A DNA stretch of 64,000 nucleotides from an uncultured virus (IMG/VR IMGVR_UViG_3300033405_000010) (taxonomy: Duplodnaviria; Heunggongvirae; Uroviricota; Caudoviricetes). The notes beneath the pieces are model-generated. The model did not search any database. It was not told the origin of the DNA and worked only from the letters and a program-made list of their open reading frames with translations. The position numbers and the translations under genes are program-made. This document shows, one piece after another, positions 54,686-64,000 of the stretch (positions are counted from its first letter, which is position 1; the number at the start of each line of letters is the position of its first letter). The stretch is from IMG/VR virus record IMGVR_UViG_3300033405_000010, one strand, 5' to 3'.

Positions 54686-55158
54686 CGCTTCTTGCGGTAC
54701 TTCCGCCGGCCGATGTGCTCGCCGCGGCCCTCTTCGAGGACGGGTGGCTCCACGGCGACGCCCGGGAACGCCCGCTCGACCGCTTTGCGGATGACGACGC
54801 CCACCGGCTGGCCCAGGGCCGCGGCCTCCTGCCGGACCCTGTCGGCGACCTCCTGCTTCAGGTAGATGCCCATCTTCAGTGAGCCCTGGCCGACGTCGGG
54901 CCCGGGCTCTCCGAAGAGCCTCTCCAGCGGACCGCGGGGAGGCTCGGCCATGCCTGGGGGCATCATGTCCATCTCCCTCGGACCGGGGAAGTTAAAGTAT
55001 CTGCACTTCGACGAATCGAACCAGAACTCGGCCCGCGGTTGGCCCGTGGCGGGACTGCTCCTCGCCCCGGCCCGGCACCCGCAGGGCGCGTCGCAGTAGG
55101 ACCCCTCGTCGGCTACGGTCGCGCTCGGTTCCCTCGGTCTCAGGACCACTTTCACCAT
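54682..55158 (-). CDS. Protein with C-terminal RHH-like motif
   Basis: KMGIYLKQEVADRVRQEA...VGVVIRKAVE. Confidence 0.65.
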   Translation of the reverse strand: MVKVVLRPREPSATVADEGSYCDAPCGCRAGARSSPATGQPRAEFWFDSSKCRYFNFPGPREMDMMPPGMAEPPRGPLERLFGEPGPDVGQGSLKMGIYLKQEVADRVRQEAAALGQPVGVVIRKAVERAFPGVAVEPPVLEEGRGEHIGRRKYRKKR

Positions 55159-55159
55159 T

Positions 55160-55651
55160 TCATTTCTCCTGTATCCTTCGGTGTGCGTGCTCGACGTGAT
55201 AGCCGAGCCCGTGGCGCATCTCGTCGAAGTACTCGAACTTGGAGGGGTCGTAGCCGCAGACCGGGCACGGCGGTCCCTCGCCGGTCTTGGGCAGGTCGTC
55301 CAGGGCCTTCAGCGCGTCCTCGAAGACCTTCTGCTCCTCGGGCGTCTTCGTCCGCTCGATGACGCGGTGCAGTTCGTGCTTCCGCAGGTCCGACAGGGGG
55401 AACGTCTCCTTCATCGGGTCCGGGTGGTCGACGTCGACCAGTCCGCCCCGGAACTTGGCCTCCGCCTCCGCCGCGATGGGAGCCGCCTCGTCCCGAAGCT
55501 CGGCCATGACCTCATGCGTGTCCGGGTCCGGGCAGGGAGAGCCCTTCGCCTGTTGGCTCTCGCACGAGCGGACGTCCCAGTCCACGATGGCGTGGAACCG
55601 ACGTATGAGTTCGCCGCGGCGCTCGATTTCAGTCTCCGGTGTGTCGGTCAT
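55160..55651 (-). CDS. Hypothetical protein with C-terminal zinc finger
   Basis: CPVC...HVEHAH. Confidence 0.65.
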   Translation of the reverse strand: MTDTPETEIERRGELIRRFHAIVDWDVRSCESQQAKGSPCPDPDTHEVMAELRDEAAPIAAEAEAKFRGGLVDVDHPDPMKETFPLSDLRKHELHRVIERTKTPEEQKVFEDALKALDDLPKTGEGPPCPVCGYDPSKFEYFDEMRHGLGYHVEHAHRRIQEK

Positions 55652-57927
55652 CAGTTCACATGCGCGCGGTAACGCGCGCGACGCGGGCAGGGCTTGCCGC
55701 GTCCCTGGTTCGGGTAGTCGCATCCGTAACGGCGTTCGGGGTGCCCGGGCGGAAGCCACCGCACCTCGACGTACGGCCGCTCGGGCGTGGCGAGGTACCG
55801 GACCGCGTACGAGACGTGGCCGGCGCAGTAGAAGTGGCTCATACCAGGTCCTCCCCGCGGGCATGGGCGAGCGCGCGGCGCAGCACTCGGTTGGACCACC
55901 ACATGGCGAGGTTGAAGCCAACGAGGAACGCGACCACGAGGCCCAGGATGTACGGAAGGAGCGATAGCCAGTCGGTCACTTCCCCTCCTTCACCTCGGTC
56001 CGGACCAGCTCGTAGGCTTCCTGAAGCAGGTCGGCCAGGTCGTGGCGTGCCTCGACCACGAGCCTGCGTTTGCCCACCTCGAACTCGACCCAGGTCCGCC
56101 CCGGGGGAATCGACATGGCGACGGTGTACGAGACGCCGTCGATTTCGCCCGACGCGACCTGTTCCCGCAGCATCAGCGGGACCTCCTTCGGCTTGTCCAT
56201 GTACCCCAGTCGCTGCACCGTCTCGGGCATCACTTCACCCCCAACGCTTCGCGCAGTTCCTTCGCACAAAGCCGGACCGCTGCCGCGGCGTGCGCGCCGA
56301 GGTAGGTGCCCGGGTACTGGGCCGCTTCGGAGTCCCACTTCTCGGGGAGCTTCTTGATGTCTTCGAGCTTCATCGCGTGGTGGTTGAGGCAGCGGTAGAA
56401 GTTGGTCTGCGCGATTCGCTCGGTCGGCCCACCGCAGCCAGGGCAGCGCGTCTGCCCTTTCGGAAGTGGGAAGCCCATCACCGCTCGTCCCCCTTCATGC
56501 TGAAGAACTGCATGATGGCGCCGACCCGCTGCCAGTGCTCGCGCTCGACGCGCTCGTGGACGCGGCGGTTGAGGTCGCCCATGCGCTTCATCAGCGGGCA
56601 GTCGGGCCGCCCCCCGCAGTCGTAACCCTTCACCCAGTCCCGGCGCAGCGCCTCGAACTCGCGGCGCTCGGAGGGCTTGAGGTCAATCACGGTTCTCCTC
56701 CGCCTTCAGGTGGCACTCGGTGCAGACCTTCCAGACCACCTCGGGCTGCTTGCTGTACGGCCTGAAGTCGTACCTGTCGCCGTCCGCGAAGGGCTTCCAG
56801 CACCTCTTGCACCTGGGCACCCCGAGCATGTACGACCGTTGCTTGTACGCCCGCTCGTCGTAGTCCGGGACCTCCGCTCGAATCCGCTGCTCGTTGCGGA
56901 CGAAGTCGATGAACCGTTGGTTGTCTTCGAACTCCGACTGCATGTCGTCGTTCGCGTGGCTGACGTAGTAGAGCACGCCCGCCCATCCGTACTGGCGGAA
57001 CAGTGCGGCCAACTCGGGGAGCTTCTCGTCGGGAACGTACTCGCCCCATGCGCTCCCCCAGCACCACACGTCGTTCTGGTTGAGCGTCTGCCGGTTCTTC
57101 TTCCGCTCTTCCTCGGTCTCGTCCGGGTCGGCCTCGTCCGGCTTTCCGTTGTCGTAGAAGAGGCCCGCCCGGGCCAGCAGGTCGTGCGCCTTCTCTTGCT
57201 CCTCGTTCATTTCCGCTCCGTAGGCTCGCCGCAGAGCGAGCAGTCCTCACGCCCCGGGAGATAGCGGCAAAGGTGGTCGGGCGATTTGGGGCACCACCAG
57301 CCCAGGTCGTCCCCGCAGTTGGAGCAATAAGCAGAGTCGCCGCTCCGCTTCACCGCGTGGACCTTACAGGCGGCCTTGATGCTGCCAATCTCGCGGTCTA
57401 GCCTATCCCGTTCGGTCAGCAGCGTCCTGAGCCGGGGGTTCTCAATCGTCCGCGGAGTCATGCGCTCACCCAGTGGTCCTTCGGGCACTCGTACCATGTA
57501 TCGTAGCCGGAGGATGACGCGCGCTCGCGCTCGGTCATGAACTCGACCGGGCCTCCGCACCGACCGCACTTCTTGTCGTACCAGTGCGTCTTGTTCTCGC
57601 CGAAGGAACTGAGCGGCGGCTTGTCCGGGTGGTTGCGCGCCGTCCCGACGTCCGCGTACGGGTCGAACCGAATCCCGCACTTGCAGCGCGGGCGCTCGTC
57701 CTTCTCGCGCTCGGTCACGGATTCCTCCAGCCCGGGTGGATGGCGTCCATCAGTTCCATGTCCAGCGCGCAGATGCGACACTCCTTCGGCTGCGGTGCGA
57801 CGTGACCCTTCCACGGACCCTCGATGAAAATCCCGAGGTTGTCTCCGTGGACCGGGTGCGCGTCGCGGTGCTCGACCATCAGTGCGGCCTCGGCGCGGAC
57901 GAGCAGACTCTTCACGTCGTCCCTCAC
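55651..57927 (-). other. Operon of about 9 small overlapping ORFans, many Cys-rich (e.g. 55651-55842, 55976-56230, 56230-56481, 56478-56690, 56683-57210, 57207-57461, 57458-57718, 57715-57927)
   Basis: Chained ATGA/GTGA overlaps, SD-like motifs, TATTTATA-like element near 58143-58152. Confidence 0.65.
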
Positions 57928-58252
57928 AACTCACTTCCCTTCGCCATCTTCCTTCCCCTCCCGTACGAACTTGACGAGCCGCATCGAGTAGTGCGTTCCT
58001 TCCCAGTGCGGTCGAATCGTCGGAGGGCAAACCGTGCAGATGTTTCCGCGCAGGCTCTCACGCTCACGCTCGCGCGCCCGCGCACCCGCCCCCACACCCC
58101 CACGGTCCGCTTCACCTCCGCACATATGTGCACGCATATGCAATATAAATAATGGTTTGGGCCCGGAATCCGCCCCGCCCGGGCAGGGTCCGCGACGTCG
58201 TCACGTTTATGATTTGACTATCCTTCAGGTAGTCAAGCCTCCGAGGTCATTT

Positions 58253-58921
58253 GTGTCAGGTGCGATTCCCCACGGCGATGCCAGCGAAGGATTCTCTGAC
58301 GAGGAAGTCGCGGCCATCCTGGACTCCGCCGACCGGACGACCGCCTGGCTCGTCGGCCGAGGAGACGACCCCGAGTTCATGGGTCGGTTGCTGCGCGTCC
58401 TCCTCTACACTGGGATTCACATCTCCAACCTGTGCGGGCGCCGCGCCCAGGAACGGGGACGCTGGAAGGACGGGACCCGGATAGCGACCGTCAAGGCTCA
58501 CCGGATTCCGTCGCTCACCTCGGAGGACATCATCGAGACGACCAAGGACGGGAAGGTCATCCGGCTCCTGGTCTTCCGACGTGTCAAGAAGAAACGGGAC
58601 AACGTGACCCATGTGCCCATCTCAAAGAACCTGTGGCCGTGGCTGCCCGAGTTCCTGGACCAGAAGAAGCCCCACACTCGTGCCCGCTACCATCAGATGC
58701 TACGAGCCCTGGAGCAGGACGTCCTCGACCGACATGGGTTGAGGCTTCACCTGAACCCGAAGAGATTCCGTCACACCTGCATGAGGCTCCTGCACGATGA
58801 GTTCGGCTTCCCCCTGGCCGACATCACCCGAATCATGGCGACGACCGAGAGCACCCTCCGAAGATACGCCGAGAGGACGCCTCGCCAAATCGCCGAAGAG
58901 TTGGCCGAGAAGGGTTGGTGA
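58253..58921 (+). CDS. Tyrosine recombinase-like protein with substituted catalytic residues
   Basis: LLYTGIHISNL, PKRFRHT, LRRYA; start inferred at GTG after GAGGT. Confidence 0.75.
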   Translation: MSGAIPHGDASEGFSDEEVAAILDSADRTTAWLVGRGDDPEFMGRLLRVLLYTGIHISNLCGRRAQERGRWKDGTRIATVKAHRIPSLTSEDIIETTKDGKVIRLLVFRRVKKKRDNVTHVPISKNLWPWLPEFLDQKKPHTRARYHQMLRALEQDVLDRHGLRLHLNPKRFRHTCMRLLHDEFGFPLADITRIMATTESTLRRYAERTPRQIAEELAEKGW

Positions 58922-59158
58922 GGCCGACCCTGGCCCAGGGTCGTCTCATCTCGGAGCTGCAAGCTCCAAGCTCGCAAGCTCGGGCGTGAGGGCCCTGGGC
59001 CCAGGGCGGGTCGACGGGGGCGGGTCGAGCGAGGGCCCCGTGTCGGCCGAGGGAGGCGGGTCGGACGGCTCGCGCCCTTCTAGAAGGGGGTAAGGGGGAG
59101 GGCCCCCGGGCGGGCCTAGGCCCCCCTCGGCCTAGGCGCGCGGGCCCCCTCGTGAGTA

Positions 59159-59218
59159 TATTTATATATCTCCCGAGACATATCTTACTTGCCCGTGAGG
59201 GCGCAGGAGAGAAAGATG
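59159..59218 (+). promoter_or_regulatory. Promoter-leader module copy 1
   Basis: TATTTATATATCTC...CATATC...CTTGCCC-GTGA-GGGCG..CAGGAGAGAAA.ATG. Confidence 0.8.
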
Positions 59219-59254
59219 CAAGCGAGAGAGACGGGCGAGGCGGGGGTGGCCTAG

Positions 59255-59584
59255 ATGGCCCGAGGCGCCCTGCCCGAGAGATACGTGACCTTCGCCAAGT
59301 GTGCCGACTGTGGGTCGGCCGACGTCTACGTCATGGTTGACAAGGGAGTTCGGACCCCGGCTCGGCCCGTCTGTCACGAGTGCGAGTCTGTCGCGGCGGC
59401 CGACGGCGGCCCCCTCGCCTGGGTTCTGACCGAACGATGCGACGAGGCGACCGAGGTCCTGGGCGTCTTTTCGACCAAGGTTAAGGCCGACAAGGCCAAG
59501 GCCGACGTCGAGGCTCGGCGCGAGTTCACCGACGGGCTCAACGTCCTGGCCTTCCCCGTCGACTTGCTCAAGGTGGTGGCGTAG
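59255..59584 (+). CDS. Zinc-binding hypothetical protein
   Basis: CADC...CHEC. Confidence 0.7.
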   Translation: MARGALPERYVTFAKCADCGSADVYVMVDKGVRTPARPVCHECESVAAADGGPLAWVLTERCDEATEVLGVFSTKVKADKAKADVEARREFTDGLNVLAFPVDLLKVVA

Positions 59585-60157
59585 ATGGGGCTCGCCGAGC
59601 AGATTCCCGCGTCGTGCGACTTCGACAAACCCCGACGGAGCCACTGGGGTCAGTCCGAGAAGTGCACGTTCAAGCCTCTCTGGGTTCGGGACGACATCTT
59701 CCACCAAGGCAAGAAGCTCGTTGCCTGCGGGTATCACTTTGCCATCGAGAAGCGCAAGCGATTCCACTTTGACGCCAAGGACTGGCACACCCTCGACCCC
59801 AACGGCTGCCCCATCTGCGGGAAGCCCTGCCGAGTGACGTCGGTCGGCCGAGTCTGTCGGGACCAGGCCAAGTGCGGGTGGGACGAACACGAGGCCAAGA
59901 CTCAGGCCGAGCAGCAAGAGCGCGAAGAGAAGGAAGAGAACGCCCGACGGGACGCCAGGACCAAGCAGTGTCCCTTCGACCCCGCGGACGTCGACAAGAA
60001 GGCGATGGCGCTTGAGGAGGCGGCCAAGGACGTCCGCTCGATTCTGTCTTCCTACCTGTACTGGGAGGCAGCCGAGTGGGACGCGGACTTCAAGGCCAAG
60101 ATGGCCCGACTCCGGCAGGCGTTCGACGGCCTGACCCAGGCCAAGGGGTTGGTCTGA
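59585..60157 (+). CDS. Cys-rich hypothetical protein
   Basis: Abuts the upstream stop; CPIC. Confidence 0.7.
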   Translation: MGLAEQIPASCDFDKPRRSHWGQSEKCTFKPLWVRDDIFHQGKKLVACGYHFAIEKRKRFHFDAKDWHTLDPNGCPICGKPCRVTSVGRVCRDQAKCGWDEHEAKTQAEQQEREEKEENARRDARTKQCPFDPADVDKKAMALEEAAKDVRSILSSYLYWEAAEWDADFKAKMARLRQAFDGLTQAKGLV

Positions 60158-60475
60158 ATGTGTGACGTCTGTTGCGCCGACCAAGCCCTGACCGAGACCA
60201 AGTCGACGCGCCGCGGCTACGCCGTCTTCGACTGGGACGAGACGGACACCCGGGTCGACGTGCGGGCCGAGGGCAAGGGCCCCGAGTTCAAGCCCTGCCG
60301 TTACCAGGTCCGCCGACCCGGCGAGCCCTGGCCCGCCGAGTGGACCGAGACGAAGGACCTCGCTGGGAGCATGATGCACTGGGGCTTCGACGTCAAGTGG
60401 CAGTACGTGCCCCTGGCCGTCCGAAACTACCTGATGGGTCGGGGGCGCAAGCCTGACGTGGAGGTGCGAGCCTGA
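60158..60475 (+). CDS. Hypothetical protein
   Basis: Abuts the upstream stop. Confidence 0.7.
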   Translation: MCDVCCADQALTETKSTRRGYAVFDWDETDTRVDVRAEGKGPEFKPCRYQVRRPGEPWPAEWTETKDLAGSMMHWGFDVKWQYVPLAVRNYLMGRGRKPDVEVRA

Positions 60476-60481
60476 GATACT

Positions 60482-60542
60482 TATTTATATATCTCAGGCG
60501 CATATCATTCTTGCCCGAAAGGGCGAGCAGGAGAGAAACATG
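60482..60542 (+). promoter_or_regulatory. Promoter-leader module copy 2
   Basis: TATTTATATATCTC...CATATC...CTTGCCC-GAAA-GGGCG..CAGGAGAGAAA.ATG. Confidence 0.8.
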
Positions 60543-60923
60543 AGCAACCGACGCGGGAGAAACAAGCGGGCCGAAACGGCCGGCGAGACTCTGAACGGCA
60601 TGGCGACTGAACTTGAGGAAGACGCCGACGAGATGCACTTCGACCTCGGCGAAGTCCGCCGCAAACTCCGGGCTCTGGGCAAGCAGGCACGGCGGGTCCA
60701 GGCGCTTGCCGAGAAACTGACTGACAAGGAAGACGACGCCCGACTGCGGGGAATCGAGCAGGCCGCGGCCAAGGCAGGCGAGCGGGACGACGTGCGGGAC
60801 ATCCTGCACGGAGCCCGCCAGCTTTACAAGGCCGCCCTCAAGGCCAACATCCTCCGAGCGTGGGAAGTCGGCGACTATGGCCGACTCTTCCGAGTCCCGA
60901 AGGACCAGCGGGAGGCGGCGTAG
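60540..60923 (+). CDS. Coiled-coil hypothetical protein
   Basis: First gene after the promoter module. Confidence 0.75.
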   Translation: MSNRRGRNKRAETAGETLNGMATELEEDADEMHFDLGEVRRKLRALGKQARRVQALAEKLTDKEDDARLRGIEQAAAKAGERDDVRDILHGARQLYKAALKANILRAWEVGDYGRLFRVPKDQREAA

Positions 60924-61286
60924 ATGGCGCGCAAGAAGACGGGGATGGAAATCAGCGAGAGCGACCGCGAGGTCGAACGGCGCCGCAAGGACTACGACGC
61001 GACGCCGCCCCTGACCCGGACCGAGGCGGGGGCCATCAAGGTCATCGCCTACGGGATGGGCTACGCCTGGCGGAACGCCGAACGGACGCAGGACGGCGGA
61101 TGGGAAGGCGGGCGCAACCTCCTTCACCAGACCGAAGAGTGGGAGCCGTTCCTCGCGGCGCTCAAGGCCGACCGCCCCGAAATCGGGGCGGCGCTACAGC
61201 GGGTCCACGACTCCTCCGACGAAGGGGGCGACTTCATGGAAGCCTACCGAGCCCTGTGCGACCTTCTGCACCAGGAGGTGGAGTAG
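60924..61286 (+). CDS. Hypothetical protein
   Basis: TAG-ATG junction; GGAGG upstream. Confidence 0.7.
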   Translation: MARKKTGMEISESDREVERRRKDYDATPPLTRTEAGAIKVIAYGMGYAWRNAERTQDGGWEGGRNLLHQTEEWEPFLAALKADRPEIGAALQRVHDSSDEGGDFMEAYRALCDLLHQEVE

Positions 61287-63160
61287 ATGGCGGTTCGGAT
61301 GGCAAAGGACGAGACGCTCCCCGCGACGGCCGACGACGCGGCCAAGCTCGGCATGATGGTCTTCGCGGGCTCCTTCCCCGGCGGCATGTCGCGCCGGCCT
61401 GAGGAATGGGCAGACCGAGTGACGGCGGCCAAGCGGGTCCTGAAGAACCTCGACCGCCAGGGCTACAACGCCATCGGAATCGACGGGGTCATCCTGGCGC
61501 TCCTCGCGCTCCGCGGGAGGGAGTAAGATGACCGGCGGCGCATACCTTCCGGGACCGGTCTACGACAACTACATCCGGACGATGGTCTGCCCGGCGTACG
61601 TCCTGGAGGTGTTCGTCCCGGGGCAGCAGGTCCCGGGCAAGTCGGTAGGTCAGCGGGGCTGGTGGCGGAACGGCCGATGGCAGGCCGTCGCGGGCCTGAC
61701 GCCCGAAATGGCCTCGGCCCTGGCGACCAAGGGTCACGAGTGGGAAGGCCCGGACCCGGACGGGAAGCACACCCGGCGAATCCGGGTTCGCAAGGTTCGC
61801 CGAACGGAGGTCATCGCATGGCGCCAGTGAGCGGCCGTGAGTACCACCTCTGGGTAGCCACCGACGGCGAGGTCCGCGCAGCCACCGAGATTCCCGAGCC
61901 GCGAATCCGGGGCATGACCCGGTGGCTGCCGAGCGGCGAGCGATTCACCGAGGAAGAGGCGCGCGACGCGATGACGCTGATTTGCAACCTCAGCCGGTAC
62001 GACAACAAGACGATGTACCTGAACGGGGCGAGCATCATCGGCGGGCCGTGGCCCACGAGCCGGACGATGGAACTACTGGACCGGTTCGAAATGGACGTCA
62101 AGCGGGCAGTCCAGCGGAGGGACGGATGAAGGCCGTCAAGCCCACCAAGGCACAACTCGCCAGGGCCGTCCCCCTGGTCTACTGCAACAAGCCGACCAAG
62201 GACGGACCGTGCGACCGCGAACCCGGCCACAAGGGCCGGTGCCGGGGGTTCTGATGGCGCAGGAGACCTTCGTCGAGTACCTGGCGCGGCTCGACCCGCA
62301 GACCGGAGGCGCGTTCGGCGGAATCGGTCAGCCGACCGAGTACCGGGACGCGAAGGGCTTCCCGGTCTACCCCGCCGGCGGAGAGGGAGGCTTCCCGCTC
62401 GCATGGTGGGGAGCCTCGCTCAAGACCCGCGATACGACCATCTGCTCTCTCACCCCGGAGGAGCTTGGCTGCGACCCCGGCGAACGCCTCGGCCCGGACG
62501 AGCGATGGGAGATGGAACTCCCGTACGAGGTGGATGAATGACGCTCGTGCACGCGGTTCCGGACTACGACCTGGCCGAGGGCCTAATCGTGACCGCTCTC
62601 GAAGGCGGGTCGAACTACTGGTACTTTCTGCCCGACATCACGATGATACCGAAGCTGGTCGACCGCCCGAACGGCGACTGCTTGAGCATCCGAATCGCCA
62701 AGGCGGTATGGGACGGCGCCACGGTCCCGGTCCAGGACATCGAGGACCGGAGCCCGCTCGGGTCCATCACGAAGGACGGAATCCTCGCCGCGCTCGACCG
62801 CATGTACGCATCCAAGTACACGCAGTGCGCGAGCCGAATCGTCGCCGAGGATTACGACGCGGACGACGCGGACGCTTGGTTCCAGTGTGCGGTGATGGGG
62901 AAGGTGGTGTACGGATGACGTGGGTTCAGTACGTCGGAATCGCGTTGGGCGCCATCGGCGTCATCGACTTCGTCGCAAGCGCGACCGCCACGAGCCAGTC
63001 CTGCATCTTCACGGGAGCGCAGTGGGCCTGCCAAACGGTCGCGGACCCATCTACGGTCGGTATGCTCGTCGGCGCCGTGCTGGTCCTTTGCGGAATCATC
63101 TGCATAACGGACAAGCCGAAGAAGGCCGCCCAGCCCGAGGTCCCGCAGGGGGCGGCGTAG
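61287..63160 (+). other. Run of small coupled ORFans (61287-61526, 61528-61830, 61827-62129, 62126-62254, 62254-62541, 62538-62918, 62915-63160)
   Basis: Chained overlaps with GGAGG/GAGGT motifs; the last is a 2-TM protein. Confidence 0.7.
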
Positions 63161-63961
63161 ATGACGTTCGAGGTCGAGCGGGGCTGCGGATACCGCAAGC
63201 CCCACGGCATGTACCTCATCACCCTGGGCCCGGGCGTTTCCTGCGACCGGCTGCCGGTCCCCATCGCTCCATGTGAGTGCTGCGGGTTCGAGCCGAAGCA
63301 GTTCCGCAGTTTCACCTGGGTGCCGGGCAACTGGCTCGGCGACCACCGCGGAGCGGTCGGGACGGTGGACGGCAAGTCCAGCAACCGGCACCGCGGACCG
63401 CGCTGCCCGGACAAGAAGACCGACCCGGTCTGCTCCGGCTCTGGCGAGCCGCGACTGCTCATGTGGGTCGGCCGCAAGTTCTACTCGCCGGACGAGTTCG
63501 CGGCCGAGGCTGCGAAGCTCGGAATCTCGAAGCGCATCCCCGACATCCCGGACGGGCTCGTGGTCGGGAAGACGTGGGTCTTCATGGGTCACCCCGACGC
63601 CTGTCAGGAACCGCTCTCGTGGGCCATGCACTGGCTGTTCGAAGACGGCGAGGTCTACCGGGCGCCCGGCATCTTCCAGGCGTTCGTCCCGCAGGCCATC
63701 GAAATCATCCTGTTCGAGTCCGAGGCGACCGCCGAGCGCATCGCCAAGGAGGAGGCTCGCGGTGTCAAGGTCGTCATCATCCCTGACGGCGCACCGGACG
63801 CGCGAGTGTCCTGGCGGCCCGGGGAGCCGAAGCCGGACCTGACGAATCACGTCCCCATCGACGCACCGCCCCTACCCCCGGTCGCCCCGGTCCCGTCCGA
63901 CCCGGCTGCCGCGAACGAAGGGCTCGCGCCCACCCAGGACTCGACCGCGGAGGTCGAGTGA
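63161..63961 (+). CDS. Hypothetical protein (Cys-containing)
   Basis: RGCGYRK..G.YL, LMWVG..FYS..F..EA..GISKRIP. Confidence 0.75.
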   Translation: MTFEVERGCGYRKPHGMYLITLGPGVSCDRLPVPIAPCECCGFEPKQFRSFTWVPGNWLGDHRGAVGTVDGKSSNRHRGPRCPDKKTDPVCSGSGEPRLLMWVGRKFYSPDEFAAEAAKLGISKRIPDIPDGLVVGKTWVFMGHPDACQEPLSWAMHWLFEDGEVYRAPGIFQAFVPQAIEIILFESEATAERIAKEEARGVKVVIIPDGAPDARVSWRPGEPKPDLTNHVPIDAPPLPPVAPVPSDPAAANEGLAPTQDSTAEVE

Positions 63962-64000
63962 CCATGACCCATCACGATGCCCAGACCCGGAGCCGGGAAC

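Larger units (their letters stand above)
1..64000. mobile_element. Archaeal virus / proviral element (partial genome)
   Basis: Primase-D5 helicase, RecT/Bet, S74 spike, tRNA clusters, many tiny ORFans, TATA-type promoters, aRF1; no housekeeping operons. Confidence 0.85.

Noticed and set aside
1..64000. Haloarchaeal or bacterial host
   Set aside because: Proteins are not acidic; TATA-type promoters, aRF1 and tRNA features point to a non-halophilic archaeon, though the lineage cannot be determined here

Overview
This 64-kb GC-rich window looks like part of a large archaeal virus or proviral element. Evidence: densely packed genes, TATA-like promoters about 22-30 nt before start sites, an archaeal-type release factor and archaeal-style tRNAs. 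The proteins are not acidic, so a haloarchaeal host is unlikely; the host cannot be named from sequence alone. No terminase, portal or HK97 capsid gene was recognised. The left end (basic protein, membrane proteins, beta-rich proteins, S74-chaperoned spike) suggests a virion module, possibly of a tailless membrane-containing virus. Replication, recombination and modification genes include a Prim-Pol/D5 primase-helicase, RecT/Bet, a resolvase, an SNF2 helicase, two ParB-like proteins, two DNA methyltransferases, a DUF5131 radical SAM protein and a degenerate tyrosine recombinase. The most striking content is an RNA/translation module: (i) a Ro60/TROVE gene directly downstream of four separately promoted Y-RNA-like genes with a bulged-C terminal helix, one with a tRNA T-arm; (ii) an aRF1 gene with intact NIKS, YxCxxxF and GGQ motifs but an in-frame UGA-C at codon 28, a candidate for autoregulatory readthrough; (iii) 17 tRNA genes, including Ile(UAU) and four with C33; (iv) an HNH-RNA ligase fusion; (v) a divergent NADAR/ADP-ribosyltransferase pair; (vi) several more promoter-linked structured RNAs. 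All assignments come from reading motifs by eye; no searches were run.
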